From NCBI GenBank assembly GCA_965248445.1, contig CBDFJG010000002.1:512001-576000 (forward strand): 64,000 nucleotides of DNA, in the 5' to 3' direction. A model generated the notes under the pieces. That model was not told where the DNA came from. It saw only the letters and a program-made list of their open reading frames with translations, and ran no database searches. A program made the position numbers and the translations under genes. Shown here in pieces: positions 42,124-51,446 of this stretch. This DNA is from Planctomycetota bacterium. Its GTDB lineage: Bacteria; Planctomycetota; JAJSAM01; JAJVHW01. Position 1 is the stretch's first letter. The number at the start of each line of letters is the position of its first letter.

Positions 42124-42199
<76 letters not shown>

Positions 42200-42398
42200 A
42201 CCGGGTTTGCTCGACCGGCCGCCAGCCGGGATCCGACCGGACCCATGAAGCCCGGTGCGTCCCCCTCGCGAGGGGGCGGCGAGCGTAGGACCGGCTCCTC
42301 CGGCCAACAAGGATTTCACACTGCCGGCAGGCATGGCTCGGATGCCCTTTCCTTCACGCCGGATCGGCCACCGGTAGACTCCCGGCCCGACGCGCGGT

Positions 42399-42473
<75 letters not shown>

Positions 42474-42628
42474 CCCGAGGGAGCTTCGACCGCGCCCAGC
42501 CACTGAGTTGAACCGGTGGATGGACTCCGTCAGGGTTGCTGCGCCGACTCCGTCGGCCTGCCATCGCTCCGCTCGGGCCTTCGGACGCTGCACGTCCTCG
42601 GCTCTGTCGCTCGCCCTGCTCGCTCCCG

Positions 42629-42649
42629 TCGAGTCCGGTACGGCCCACC
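42629..42649 (+). repeat. Imperfect direct repeat of the tRNA-Val 3' end (att-like remnant)
   Basis: TCGAGTCCGGTACGGCCCACC versus tRNA TCAAATCCAGTACGGCCCACC. Confidence 0.65.
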
Positions 42650-42833
42650 TCCAACAAGCTCTGCAGCAGCAACGACTTGCACACGTCGCCTCGGCAGCGT
42701 CCCCGGCTGCGTATCCAGACTGTGACTGACGCTCGCGTGCACCCCGGTCCGCTCGGTAGCCTCTGGTGAAGGCGTCGCCCGTCGGTTCGCGCACTCGGGC
42801 GCGAACCGACGGCTCGCGGCATCAGGAGGGCTT

Positions 42834-43336
42834 ATGCGTTTCTGTTTCGTCGTTCTTGGTGCTCTTGCACTCGGTATTTGCTCGTGTCGCTCGCTCCAGT
42901 CCACCAGTCCACAGGTGACCTGCACCTACTCTCCGACGCCCAGGTGCGTTCACTCCTCCCGTACGCGGTGGACATGAAACACGTTGGGCAGCCCTTTGAG
43001 TCCACTCGCGAGTTCCAGAGCGCGGATGGTCAGACCGTTGTGACCGGAACGGTCACACAGCCATTCTCGTTCACGGTCTTCGTGGACGATCGTGGGCGGC
43101 CCGTCAAGCCTGACAACGCTACGGCATCACTCGCTCGTCCCATTGGAGTCACCGGCGTGGCCGGCTGCTCAGGATCTTGCTTGCCCCACATAGAAGCGGG
43201 GAAAAAATGCCCCACAGCGTGCAAGAAGGACGGTCTGAAGTGTAGCGACAACTGCGGTTTCACGGGCGGCTGCAATCAATGGGTGTCCTGCACGGGCGCA
43301 GCCACGGGCTTCTCCATAGGACTAATCCGCTTCTGA
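42834..43336 (+). pseudogene. Frameshifted putative lipoprotein with Cys-rich C-terminus
   Basis: AGGAGG-ATG 42834 gives MRFCFVVLGALALGICSC. The CCAGTCCA tandem duplication at 42896-42911 shifts the frame; removing one copy joins ORF 42878..43336 (164 aa). Confidence 0.75.
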
Positions 43337-43893
43337 CAGACGGGCTGGGATCTTCCATCCATGTCGTGCTTCCGCTGTGCCATTGGCACAGGGCAGGCTC
43401 GTTTCCGCAGCGCGACGTCTTCGGCAAGGACCCAGGGCGTTGGAGGTTCGACCCTCGGTAGCCGCGGACATTAGCGCGGTGACGCGAGCAGGGCTCTCGC
43501 CGCGCCGACACACGGAACGGTGTCGGCGGGATACAATGAGCGCGACGGGGGAGAACGGTTCCGGAAGTCCGGGCTCAGACGACGGAGCAGTCATCTCAAC
43601 TGCCATCAGCCGAGGCCACCCCCGTCACTGTCGATCGCGGTCTCACTCGCGCAGCGGAGCTCAGAAACCCGCTTGCCCGACTGCCCGACTCCTCGGGTGC
43701 TCGGGGCGCTGCACGAGTGCCATCACGCCAGCTATGCTCATGACTATCGGGGAAGACATCCCGATCGCATGGGCGAAACCACCAAGCACCGGTGGTCCCG
43801 GAGGAGCGAACTCCTCCGGCTGACGAGCCCGGAAGCGGCTCTTGCTCCCTCACGGACGCCCCGTGAGGGGCAAGGAGTCACTCATGACACCTC

Positions 43894-44303
43894 TCAGATG
43901 CATCGCCGTCTGTCTGCGACACACTTTCGCGACAACGGTGTCGATGCCAACATGGAAGTGGAGAGGTCGATGCTCTCCCGCAGGCTCACCAGGGCCACGT
44001 CGTGGGCCGTGAGACGCTCCAGAACGGCCGCTACGCCCGCGAGAGACCGTCCGACGCGCGACAACTCAGCGACGAGGAGAACGTCGATCTCGCGATCTCG
44101 CGCGCCTCTGCGAGCGCGAGGGCGCGATCGAGGCCCGGGCGCTCCATGCAGCGACCAGTGCCCACGTCCTGGCAGACCTCGACGACCGTCAGACCGCGGG
44201 TCGCGGCTTCCTCGAGGAGCGAGCTCGTCTGCACGTCGAGGTGCTGGTCGTCTGTCGAGACGCGGGCCAAGACGGCCGCTCGATCTCGATTCGTGCTGCT
44301 CAG
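43894..44303 (-). pseudogene. Serine recombinase (resolvase-type catalytic domain), frameshifted and truncated
   Basis: RAAVLARVSTDDQ...RPGL...EIDVLLVAELSRVGRS...LVSLRESIDLSTSM; frame broken by CGATCTCG duplicated at 44085-44100. Confidence 0.85.
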
Positions 44304-44343
44304 CGGACACCTCCGGGCTCGGGACCCCTTGCCGGTGTGTCAT

Positions 44344-45042
44344 ACCGAGAACCAGCACGTTGTGCCCGCCGGCGGCCGCGACCACGAGTGCTCGCTTCAC
44401 CGTGGATTGACCACGCACCTCGGCGAAGTCTCGCTCACAGTCGACAGCGCGTGGGCGACTGGCGTAGGCCGCGACCGCGCGCGGCAACCGAGTCTGTCCA
44501 ACGAGATGACCGACCGCCTCGCGCAGCGTGGCGGCGCCGTACACGGGCACGCCCGCCGCGAGCGCAGCTTCGCTCGCGTTCGCCGCCGGGACGATCGCCT
44601 CACGGATGCCGCGCGCGCGGGCGGTCCCGGCAAGCAGGAATGCGCTTCGCACTGGCCGTAACCGACCGTCGAGGGCGAGTTCGCCGACGAGCAGCTTGTC
44701 ACGCAACGCCGCCCGCGGCAGCGTTCCCGCAGCAGCCAGGATGCCGAGGGCCATCGGCAGGTCGTGCACCGGGCCGACCTTCGGGACGTCTGCCGGCGCC
44801 AGGTTCACGAGCAGTTGCCCCCGCGGGAACCGGTAACCGCTGCTCGCGAGAGCCGAGCGCACGCGATCCCGGGCCTCGCGGCCGGCGGCGTCGGGCAGCC
44901 CCACGACGTCGAAGCGCGGGTTCGCATCGCGCAGGTGGACCTCGACCTCGGTGGCCATACCGTCGATGCCCCGGGCACACGCCGAGTGACACCGCGCCAC
45001 CGGGCGCCTGCGCTCCTCGACCACCGGGCCCGTGTCGAACAT
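44344..45042 (-). pseudogene. comM: 5' half of comM/yifB (Mg-chelatase-like AAA+ helicase), cut at Walker A
   Basis: VVGLPDAA.REARDRVRSAL, VNLAPADVPK.G..HDLPMA, GELALDG, DFAEVRGQ..VKRAL..AAAGGHNVLVLG, then homology stops before PPGxGK. Confidence 0.9.
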
Positions 45043-45059
45043 CCACGTAAAGGACGACG

Positions 45060-46559
45060 GTAACCGTTCACCCCTTGACAGCGTGTGAGCCTCAGCGTGC
45101 GACGGGCAGCGGGACCATGACGGGCGGGTCGGCGCCGGTGAGGTGCGCGGCGACCGAGTCGGCGAGGAAGTCGAAGACTTGGTCGCCACGGCGTCGCAGC
45201 GTGGCCGCGGCGGTCAACACGCGCTCGGCGAAGCGGAGTCCGCGAGCGGACTGGCTTCCGAAGGAGCCCTTGCGCCAGAGCACCGCTTTGCGGACCGCGC
45301 GCTCGGCGGCGTTGTTCGTCGGACTCACGTCCTGGGTCCGCGCATAGGTGAAGAGGGCGACCACGCGGGGGCGCAGATGGTTGGCCAGAGCCGAGTCGTC
45401 GTTCGCGATCAGTCGCTCGAGCCGTCCGCGCAGCACAGCGGCTTCGCCTTGCAGCCGGTCACGGTCGCCGTGCTCACCGAAGAGCCGGTAGCTGCGCATG
45501 ACCGACTGCGCGATCATGACGCCCTTGTTGCCGAAGCGGCGATGTCCTCGCGGGCCTTCGGCCAGCGCACGGAAGGCGCGCTCGATGTGCGCCCAGCAGA
45601 GCTGGCGGCGGGCAAGTGGGTGTGACTCGTAGGCACCCATCCGGTCGCTGATCACCGTGCCACCGAAGCGCCGCCCGATCAGCCGCCCTTTCGCCTTGGC
45701 ACTGCGGCGGCGATCGATCCCGAAGGCTGTGGCGTGCTCGCTCTCCGCCGCCCACAGCCAGCACACCCGGCCCCGTTCCTTCCACGACGTCTCGTCCACG
45801 TTGGCTCGCAGCGACGTGCGGACTGCCCCGAGGGCTTCGAGGTACGACGAGTGCAGAGCGTCACTGAGCCGACGCTCACAGTCGCTGATCTTGCCCAGCG
45901 ACATCTTCACACCGAAGATCTCACCGAGCAGCCGCTGCGTCTCCCGCACGCTCACGCGGTACACGCCGCGCAGCGCGCCGGCAAGTGTGGTCAGCCGCGG
46001 ACCGAAGGCCCCGGTCGGCACGCCATCGGGCAGGACCGCCGTCGTGACCGCACGACAGCGCCGGCACCGCGCCTTGTGCAGCCGGTGCTCCCGCACCGTG
46101 ACGAGCACGCGCGGGAGCACCGTCACCTGGTGCCGGTACGGATCGCCGATGCCCTGCTCGAGATCGTCGTGTCCGCACGCGTCGCAGAGGTCGGGACGGT
46201 GCTCCTTGGTCTCATCGACGTTGGACGGATCCACCAGCTCGCGCGCCGTGCCCTCATGGCCCGGCTGTCCGCCCTGCTTGCGACCGCTACGCGGCCTTCG
46301 GCCGCGACGGCGCTTGGACCACGCCGGGTCCGACGACGGAGGCCTCGAGCTGTTGCGGGAGTCACGCTTCAGACGCGACTCGAGCTCGTCGATGCGGCGC
46401 AGATGCTTCGCTTCGCGACGCTCCAGCTCCTCGATCCAGGCCAGAAGGCCCTCGACCATCGCCCGCAGATCCTCGTCCTGCCGCTCGCCCACAACATCTT
46501 GATCGACCGATGGCCGAACGATCTGGATCCTGGCTCGCGACGAAGGGGTGAACGGTTAC
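45060..46559 (-). mobile_element. IS66-family element (single-ORF, ISBst12-like organisation)
   Basis: Perfect 17-bp terminal IR GTAACCGTTCACCCCTT / AAGGGGTGAACGGTTAC; 1500 bp; flanks GGACGACG and CTCCACGC do not match. Confidence 0.92.
45092..46492 (-). CDS. IS66-family transposase
   Basis: SRNSSRPPSSD, GGQPGHEG, CxxC...CxxC, VDETSW, SDR, QLCWAH, TNNAAERAVR motifs. Confidence 0.95.
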   Translation of the reverse strand: MGERQDEDLRAMVEGLLAWIEELERREAKHLRRIDELESRLKRDSRNSSRPPSSDPAWSKRRRGRRPRSGRKQGGQPGHEGTARELVDPSNVDETKEHRPDLCDACGHDDLEQGIGDPYRHQVTVLPRVLVTVREHRLHKARCRRCRAVTTAVLPDGVPTGAFGPRLTTLAGALRGVYRVSVRETQRLLGEIFGVKMSLGKISDCERRLSDALHSSYLEALGAVRTSLRANVDETSWKERGRVCWLWAAESEHATAFGIDRRRSAKAKGRLIGRRFGGTVISDRMGAYESHPLARRQLCWAHIERAFRALAEGPRGHRRFGNKGVMIAQSVMRSYRLFGEHGDRDRLQGEAAVLRGRLERLIANDDSALANHLRPRVVALFTYARTQDVSPTNNAAERAVRKAVLWRKGSFGSQSARGLRFAERVLTAAATLRRRGDQVFDFLADSVAAHLTGADPPVMVPLPVAR

Positions 46560-46734
46560 CTCCACGCGAGATGGCGTGCTCGTTCGCGAGCGCCAACACT
46601 GCGCGGACGGCTGCGGTGCGCGCGGCCTTGTAGTCGTCCGTCTCAACCGGAGCGTGCGGCACGGCGAGGTCGAGCGAGCCACCGGACTCGGTGACGACCA
46701 TGAACTTGATGAACCACTTGCGCTTGGCGCCCAT
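46560..46734 (-). pseudogene. Small hypothetical gene truncated by IS66
   Basis: ATG at 46734 (TGATG coupling), MGAKRKWFIKFMVVTESGG...; the frame runs into the IS66 IR. Confidence 0.55.
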
Positions 46735-46856
46735 CAGCGCACCCCCTCGCCGTGTAGAACCCGCACGCAGAACGCGCACAGGACGCACCAGGCGCCGTCC
46801 CACTCCGACCCGTAGGTGCTCCTCTCGCACCCGGGGCAGCGGTGCCGGCCCTTCAT
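46734..46856 (-). CDS. 40-aa Cys-rich (zinc-ribbon-like) mini-protein
   Basis: MKGRHRCPGCERSTYGSEWDGAWCVLCAFCVRVLHGEGVR; ATGA overlap upstream and TGATG overlap downstream; below the ORF-track cutoff. Confidence 0.6.
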   Translation of the reverse strand: MKGRHRCPGCERSTYGSEWDGAWCVLCAFCVRVLHGEGVR

Positions 46857-47488
46857 GGCGAGTCCTGCTGGAGCGCAGCGAGGATCTGCTCCGCGTACCG
46901 CTTCGTTCGCTGATGGACGACCCAGCGTTCAGTGCCGGGCGTCGGACGGCAACGGACGATCAGCGTGGCGGTCTCAACCGCCCCGTCCCGGAAGTCCGGT
47001 CGCGCGTCGGCCGGCGCACACAGGTTGCAGCCGTACCAACTGATCGGATACCACGAGACACCGTCGGGCCGGAGCTGCTGGCATCGCTCGTCGATGCGGT
47101 CGATCGTCTCGATCGCCGCCCGCTGCCTGGCCTCGCGTTCGTTCTGGAACTGTCGCGCCAGGCGCTCTCCGATGTCGCCCATGCCAGCAACGGACTCGGC
47201 GAACCCGTGGTCCTCCGTCACGAACCCCTGGTGCCGCCCCTCATCGGGCGGGAGGTTCATGTCGTTGTTCGGCTGTGCGTCGCCGAGACGACCGTCGATC
47301 CACCGGACGCCGGTGCCGAGGACGCAGTAGATGACTCCGAGCGCGTCGTCGCGGTACTGGAAGGTGTCGGGGTGCTTGAGGATCACGGACCGGATCACCC
47401 CCTCAAGCGCCAGCGGGTTCCCACGCGCGTCCCGATCGATCTCGAGCATGAGCGCGTACGCTCTGGCAGCCGCCTCGCGCGCCGTCAT
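46853..47488 (-). CDS. Hypothetical protein, phage/island-like
   Basis: About 211-aa ORF with GC3-rich codons, coupled to the downstream mini-genes; no recognised motif. Confidence 0.6.
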   Translation of the reverse strand: MTAREAAARAYALMLEIDRDARGNPLALEGVIRSVILKHPDTFQYRDDALGVIYCVLGTGVRWIDGRLGDAQPNNDMNLPPDEGRHQGFVTEDHGFAESVAGMGDIGERLARQFQNEREARQRAAIETIDRIDERCQQLRPDGVSWYPISWYGCNLCAPADARPDFRDGAVETATLIVRCRPTPGTERWVVHQRTKRYAEQILAALQQDSP

Positions 47489-47604
47489 CGCCCGCACGCC
47501 CGGGGAACGGCTCGGGGAACGCTACCTAGTTCAGAGGGGGCGACGGAGTGCGGCGGGGGCGGCGAATTCGAGCCTGTGCGTCTCTGCGCACGGGTCCCGG
47601 GGAC

Positions 47605-47649
47605 ATTGCAAATCCGTGATCCCCGGTTCGAATCCGGGTGCCGCCTCCA
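47605..47649 (+). repeat. 3' half of tRNA-Cys(GCA), att-site duplication
   Basis: ATTGCAAATCCGTGATCCCCGGTTCGAATCCGGGTGCCGCCTCCA runs from anticodon loop to CCA, with no pairing anticodon 5' strand or D-arm upstream. Confidence 0.85.
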
Positions 47650-47656
47650 AGCGCTG

Positions 47657-47824
47657 TCAGGCGAGCTTGTACCTCCCGAGCGAGAGCGTCACCGTGCCGT
47701 CGCCCGAGATCTGCCCGAACGAGAACGACAGGCTTGCGGCGCCCTCGGTCGCGACCGCGTCCTTCAGCGGCTCGCCCTTCGCCACGAGCCGGAAGCGCGC
47801 CCGCGACGAGCGCATCCGATTAGG
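47657..47824 (-). pseudogene. C-terminal fragment paralogous to a Lys-rich domain of the adjacent 829-aa protein
   Basis: PNRMRSSRARFRLVAK...LSFSFG...GTVTLSLGRYKLA aligns by eye with PNRSDSSRGFFVLLISK...LEMHFSG...GKFELTNGGYRV. Confidence 0.55.
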
Positions 47825-47966
47825 GCCGCATCGCGTCGCACGAGCCAGGCATGTTCCGCGTGCCGGTCGGCGCCTGACCGCGTTCGCGGCAATCGCACGC
47901 AGCAGCGGGCCAGGACGCCCAGCTTGGACGCTGGGTGTCGTTCGGGGTGCGCCCGGCAGTGCAGGG

Positions 47967-50456
47967 TCAGTACCCGCGCTTGTCCCCGTTCTCTCCGAGG
48001 ACGACCGTGCCCAGCACCGCGCCCCTGCCGTCGCCGGCGTCGAACTCGATGTCGGTGGTGGGGCCGGACAGGTCGCCGAGCTCGGCACCCTTCGTGACGA
48101 TCTGCATGAGCTCGCGGCCGAAGTCCACGAAGAGCCGGATCGATACGCCATTCGCCTTGTTGCGGTAGGTGAACCGGTCCTTCTTCCGACTGAACTCGCT
48201 GCCCGGTACCGACAGGCGGAACTCGTCACCGACAGCGATGACGACGGTTCCGAGCATCTCGGGGACGGGACCGTCCGTGCGGAAGCCGCCCTTCATCTTC
48301 ATCGTGTCCCGCTTCTCGTCCCGCACCTTCGCCTTGATCCGCGTCAGGAAGAACTCCGGAGCGATCAGCGTCCCGCGCGCGCGGCCGACCCGGTACCCGC
48401 CGTTCGTCAGCTCGAACTTCCCGAACGCGTCGGGAAGCCCGGTGCCGCTGAAGTGCATCTCCAGTGGCGCATTCGGGTCGATCAGCCCGGCCAACGTGGT
48501 CTTCGAGATGAGCAGGACGAAGAACCCACGGCTCGAGTCCGAGCGGTTCGGCCGGAGCTTGAGGACGACGTCCGGCCCCTTGAACTTGAACGCGGTGCCC
48601 CTCTTGTTGGGCTGGACGGTGAACGTGCGCTCGAAGTCGCCGACCTGGATCGTCATCGGCTGGCTGTAGTCGACGGGGTTACCGCCGTCGTCGTAGACCC
48701 CTGCGGCCTTGAGGGAGTCCTTCCCCTCGCCTTTGAGCTTCAAGCGGACGATCTTGGGGAGGATGAACGAATCGATGACCGTGGGCCCGGGGTCGTGCAC
48801 CAGCACGTCCACGTCGCCGCTCTGCGCGGTGCTCGAGCCCGAACGAATGATCGCACTGGAGGCGTCGATCTGCGCGCCCGCCTTCCACGTCTCGACCCGG
48901 ATCGCGCCGTCCTCCGTCATGTCGTCGGTAGTCAGCGACACGCCGAGCACGTCGATGTCACCGTCCTGAGACTGCAAGGTGACATCGCCGCGCGCGGTGA
49001 TCGCTCCTGCGACGGTGAGCGCGCCGCCACATAGGACGTGGAACGCGCCGCCGATCCCGCCCGCACGCGTCGTGGTCGCGTCGAGAGTCACGTCTCCGCC
49101 GGCGGTGAGGTCCATGGATCCCACGTCGAGGACGCAATTGGCGTCGTTGGACGGGAGCTTCTCGGGTGGGGTGGCTTCGCCGACGAATACGTCGCCCGCG
49201 ACGCGCACGGTCGCTGCGCCGAGTCCCACGAGCTCGGACGTGTTGAACATGCGGAAGTCGCCGCCCGAGCTGCTCAGCCGTAGCGCGGAGTCGCTGCTGA
49301 GCGACGCGGCCCCCACGAGGCGGATCGTGCCGCCGGCCACGAGGTCCAGGTCGTTCGCGAGCGATCGCACGGGCGCTCCGCGGCAACGGAGGTTGCCTGT
49401 GGTGGACAGGGACAGGCGTCCCGAGCCGCCCGCCGTGACCTCCCGGTCGCGGAGGTCGGAGTCGCCGCCGCATTGGACCGTCACGTCGCCGTCCGCGGTC
49501 GTGACACCTCCGGTCAAGTCGCACGGCCCATTCGTCGTGCTGAACGTGGCCGAGCCGGTCCCGACCACGTCGAAGGGGCCGCCGACGAAGAGCCACGCGT
49601 CGCACTCCAGCGTCGCGGACCCGGCAGTCACGGTGTACGAGCCGTTCGAGTTGGCCGTGATGTTGTTCGTGAACGAGCGGATCCACAGAGGACCCTGGCA
49701 TGCCACCACTCCCGGTCTCGTCGAGAGGATACCGCCACTCGAGAACCAGCCGTTGCACCGCGTCGTGATGCTCCCCGCCGGCGCGAGGATGCGGCCCGAC
49801 TGGATCCGGATCGCGGCGTTCAGGCCGTCGTCGCCGTAGGCGTCGATGGTGACGTCGGAGCTCGCGGCGCTCACCTGCGCGTCGGCGTTGTTCACGCCGG
49901 TCCCGATCTCCATGTTGCCGCCCGCGACGATCTCGATGGGACTCGACACCGCGGTGGTCTCCACCAGGCTCGCCGGCGTCCGCGAGACGAGGGTGAAGTC
50001 GCCGCCGCAGTGCATCGTGATCCCGGCGCCCGCCGTCGCCGACGACAGGCTCCCGCTGATGGACACAGCGCCCTGGACCAGGATCGTCGTCGCGCCGGAG
50101 AGCGTGACGCCAGCGCCGCTCGTGACGTCGAACGACGTGTACTGGTGCGTGCCCGGCGTCAGCGCGACGGTGCCGACAGTCGCCGAGAACGCTCCCTCGC
50201 TGCCGTCGCCGAACGAGGGTATCGCCGGCATCGAACCCGTGACCGTGGGCGCGTCGCCCGGCTCCGTGATGGCCGGCAGCGTCGGGACGATGCCGGTCGG
50301 CGCGGCGGGGTCGATCGTCACGGTCCCCTGCGTTGGCGCGGACCCGGTGTCGATCGTCGCGTTCGTGGTGTCGATCGTCCCCACGGCTGCGGCCCGGGTC
50401 CCGACCATCGCGACCAGCGCAAGGGCCGCGGCCGTGGCGAGAATCCGATCACGCAT
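47967..50456 (-). CDS. Large secreted Gly/Thr/Ala-rich adhesin-like protein with two Lys-rich C-terminal domains
   Basis: GAGGAGG RBS; signal peptide; beta-helix-like small-residue repeats (GGD.TL); basic C-terminal region. Confidence 0.8.
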   Translation of the reverse strand: MRDRILATAAALALVAMVGTRAAAVGTIDTTNATIDTGSAPTQGTVTIDPAAPTGIVPTLPAITEPGDAPTVTGSMPAIPSFGDGSEGAFSATVGTVALTPGTHQYTSFDVTSGAGVTLSGATTILVQGAVSISGSLSSATAGAGITMHCGGDFTLVSRTPASLVETTAVSSPIEIVAGGNMEIGTGVNNADAQVSAASSDVTIDAYGDDGLNAAIRIQSGRILAPAGSITTRCNGWFSSGGILSTRPGVVACQGPLWIRSFTNNITANSNGSYTVTAGSATLECDAWLFVGGPFDVVGTGSATFSTTNGPCDLTGGVTTADGDVTVQCGGDSDLRDREVTAGGSGRLSLSTTGNLRCRGAPVRSLANDLDLVAGGTIRLVGAASLSSDSALRLSSSGGDFRMFNTSELVGLGAATVRVAGDVFVGEATPPEKLPSNDANCVLDVGSMDLTAGGDVTLDATTTRAGGIGGAFHVLCGGALTVAGAITARGDVTLQSQDGDIDVLGVSLTTDDMTEDGAIRVETWKAGAQIDASSAIIRSGSSTAQSGDVDVLVHDPGPTVIDSFILPKIVRLKLKGEGKDSLKAAGVYDDGGNPVDYSQPMTIQVGDFERTFTVQPNKRGTAFKFKGPDVVLKLRPNRSDSSRGFFVLLISKTTLAGLIDPNAPLEMHFSGTGLPDAFGKFELTNGGYRVGRARGTLIAPEFFLTRIKAKVRDEKRDTMKMKGGFRTDGPVPEMLGTVVIAVGDEFRLSVPGSEFSRKKDRFTYRNKANGVSIRLFVDFGRELMQIVTKGAELGDLSGPTTDIEFDAGDGRGAVLGTVVLGENGDKRGY

Positions 50457-50898
50457 GTCCTCCTCCTCCCGTACGTCCCACTGCCACGTGGCCGTCTCGA
50501 GGACGATGCTCCGTGATCGGGTGGCCCTTGTCTATGTCGGGTCGGAACCCAGTTACCCCAGCAGGTACCGCGCGGACGACTGCACCGAACCCGCGAGGGC
50601 TCCAGCGGCGTGGACGGCGGGGATGAGTCACTAGAAAACGACCCCCCAGGGCCGGGAGAGTTCGTAGCGTAGCCACGAGAAGAACAGGCACACAGACACC
50701 ACGAGGACCCAGCGCCACCAGCGCCGCAGCCAGAGCATCGGGCCGCTGTCGGCCCAGACCCTCGGCCGCCCTGGAGGGTGGCGCTGCCACCATCTCAGCC
50801 GCGGAGAGGTCTCCATGAGGGCAGTGTAGACGGGCGGCGTGGGGCGTCCGTGCCACCGCGGCAACGGCACCGCAGCACGCCCCCGCTACCATCGGGGC

Positions 50899-51228
50899 GT
50901 GGACCCGAGGGAGCCCCGCCGCTGGTCGCTGGTTGGCGCGGTCGGCGCACTCGTACGGGCGCTCGTCGTGGTGCTGCTTCTAGCCGGTGTGGCGTGGCCG
51001 AGCGAGCGCGGATGCCTTGAGGTCTTGGGCTCGCCTGGTTATGAGTGCGTGAACCCGCCCCAACGAGCCGGAGTGCTGCGCTGCGCCAACGCGAGGGAGC
51101 AGCGCGGCGTCCAACTCCGCGTTGTGGTTGCGACGATCATGCGCGAACCGGCGCCGTACTCGATGTGGTGCCACGTTCACGGTCCAGTCCCGCCGCTCGT
51201 CGTCGATTTCGCCGATGCCCATTACTGA
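50899..51228 (+). CDS. Small hypothetical membrane protein
   Basis: ORF with one hydrophobic helix (LVRALVVVLLLAGVAW) and several Cys; start uncertain. Confidence 0.35.
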   Translation: MDPREPRRWSLVGAVGALVRALVVVLLLAGVAWPSERGCLEVLGSPGYECVNPPQRAGVLRCANAREQRGVQLRVVVATIMREPAPYSMWCHVHGPVPPLVVDFADAHY

Positions 51229-51446
51229 CCCCGAGGAGCCGCGGAAGCCGGCGCGGTGGGCGTTCTCCAGCGTGCTCCGCGCCATGGTGATCGGCTTGCT
51301 GTTCCTGCCGCTGCTCACGCTGTCGGGCTCGTGGATCGGCTACAACCCGTGGCCCCGTGTGGAGCCCTCTACAGCGCAGGCTGTCGTGGCGGAGCGGACG
51401 GAACTGTGGGGGCCGAATCCTCACCGGTCTCGGTACCGTCTTGCGC

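Noticed and set aside
43894..45189. 431-aa ComM-resolvase fusion protein in the ORF track
   Set aside because: The frame continuity results from the 8-bp frameshift: the resolvase catalytic N-terminus is in another frame, and the ORF start lies inside IS66.
47558..47649. Complete tRNA-Cys
   Set aside because: A GGCGGCG upstream could pair with the acceptor strand but is too far away, and no D-arm or anticodon stem forms.
47820..47845. Degenerate IS1380 end at the truncation point of the 47657 fragment
   Set aside because: TTAG followed by CCGCATC...CACGAG loosely resembles the end at 1544, but the match is gapped and too short to support.
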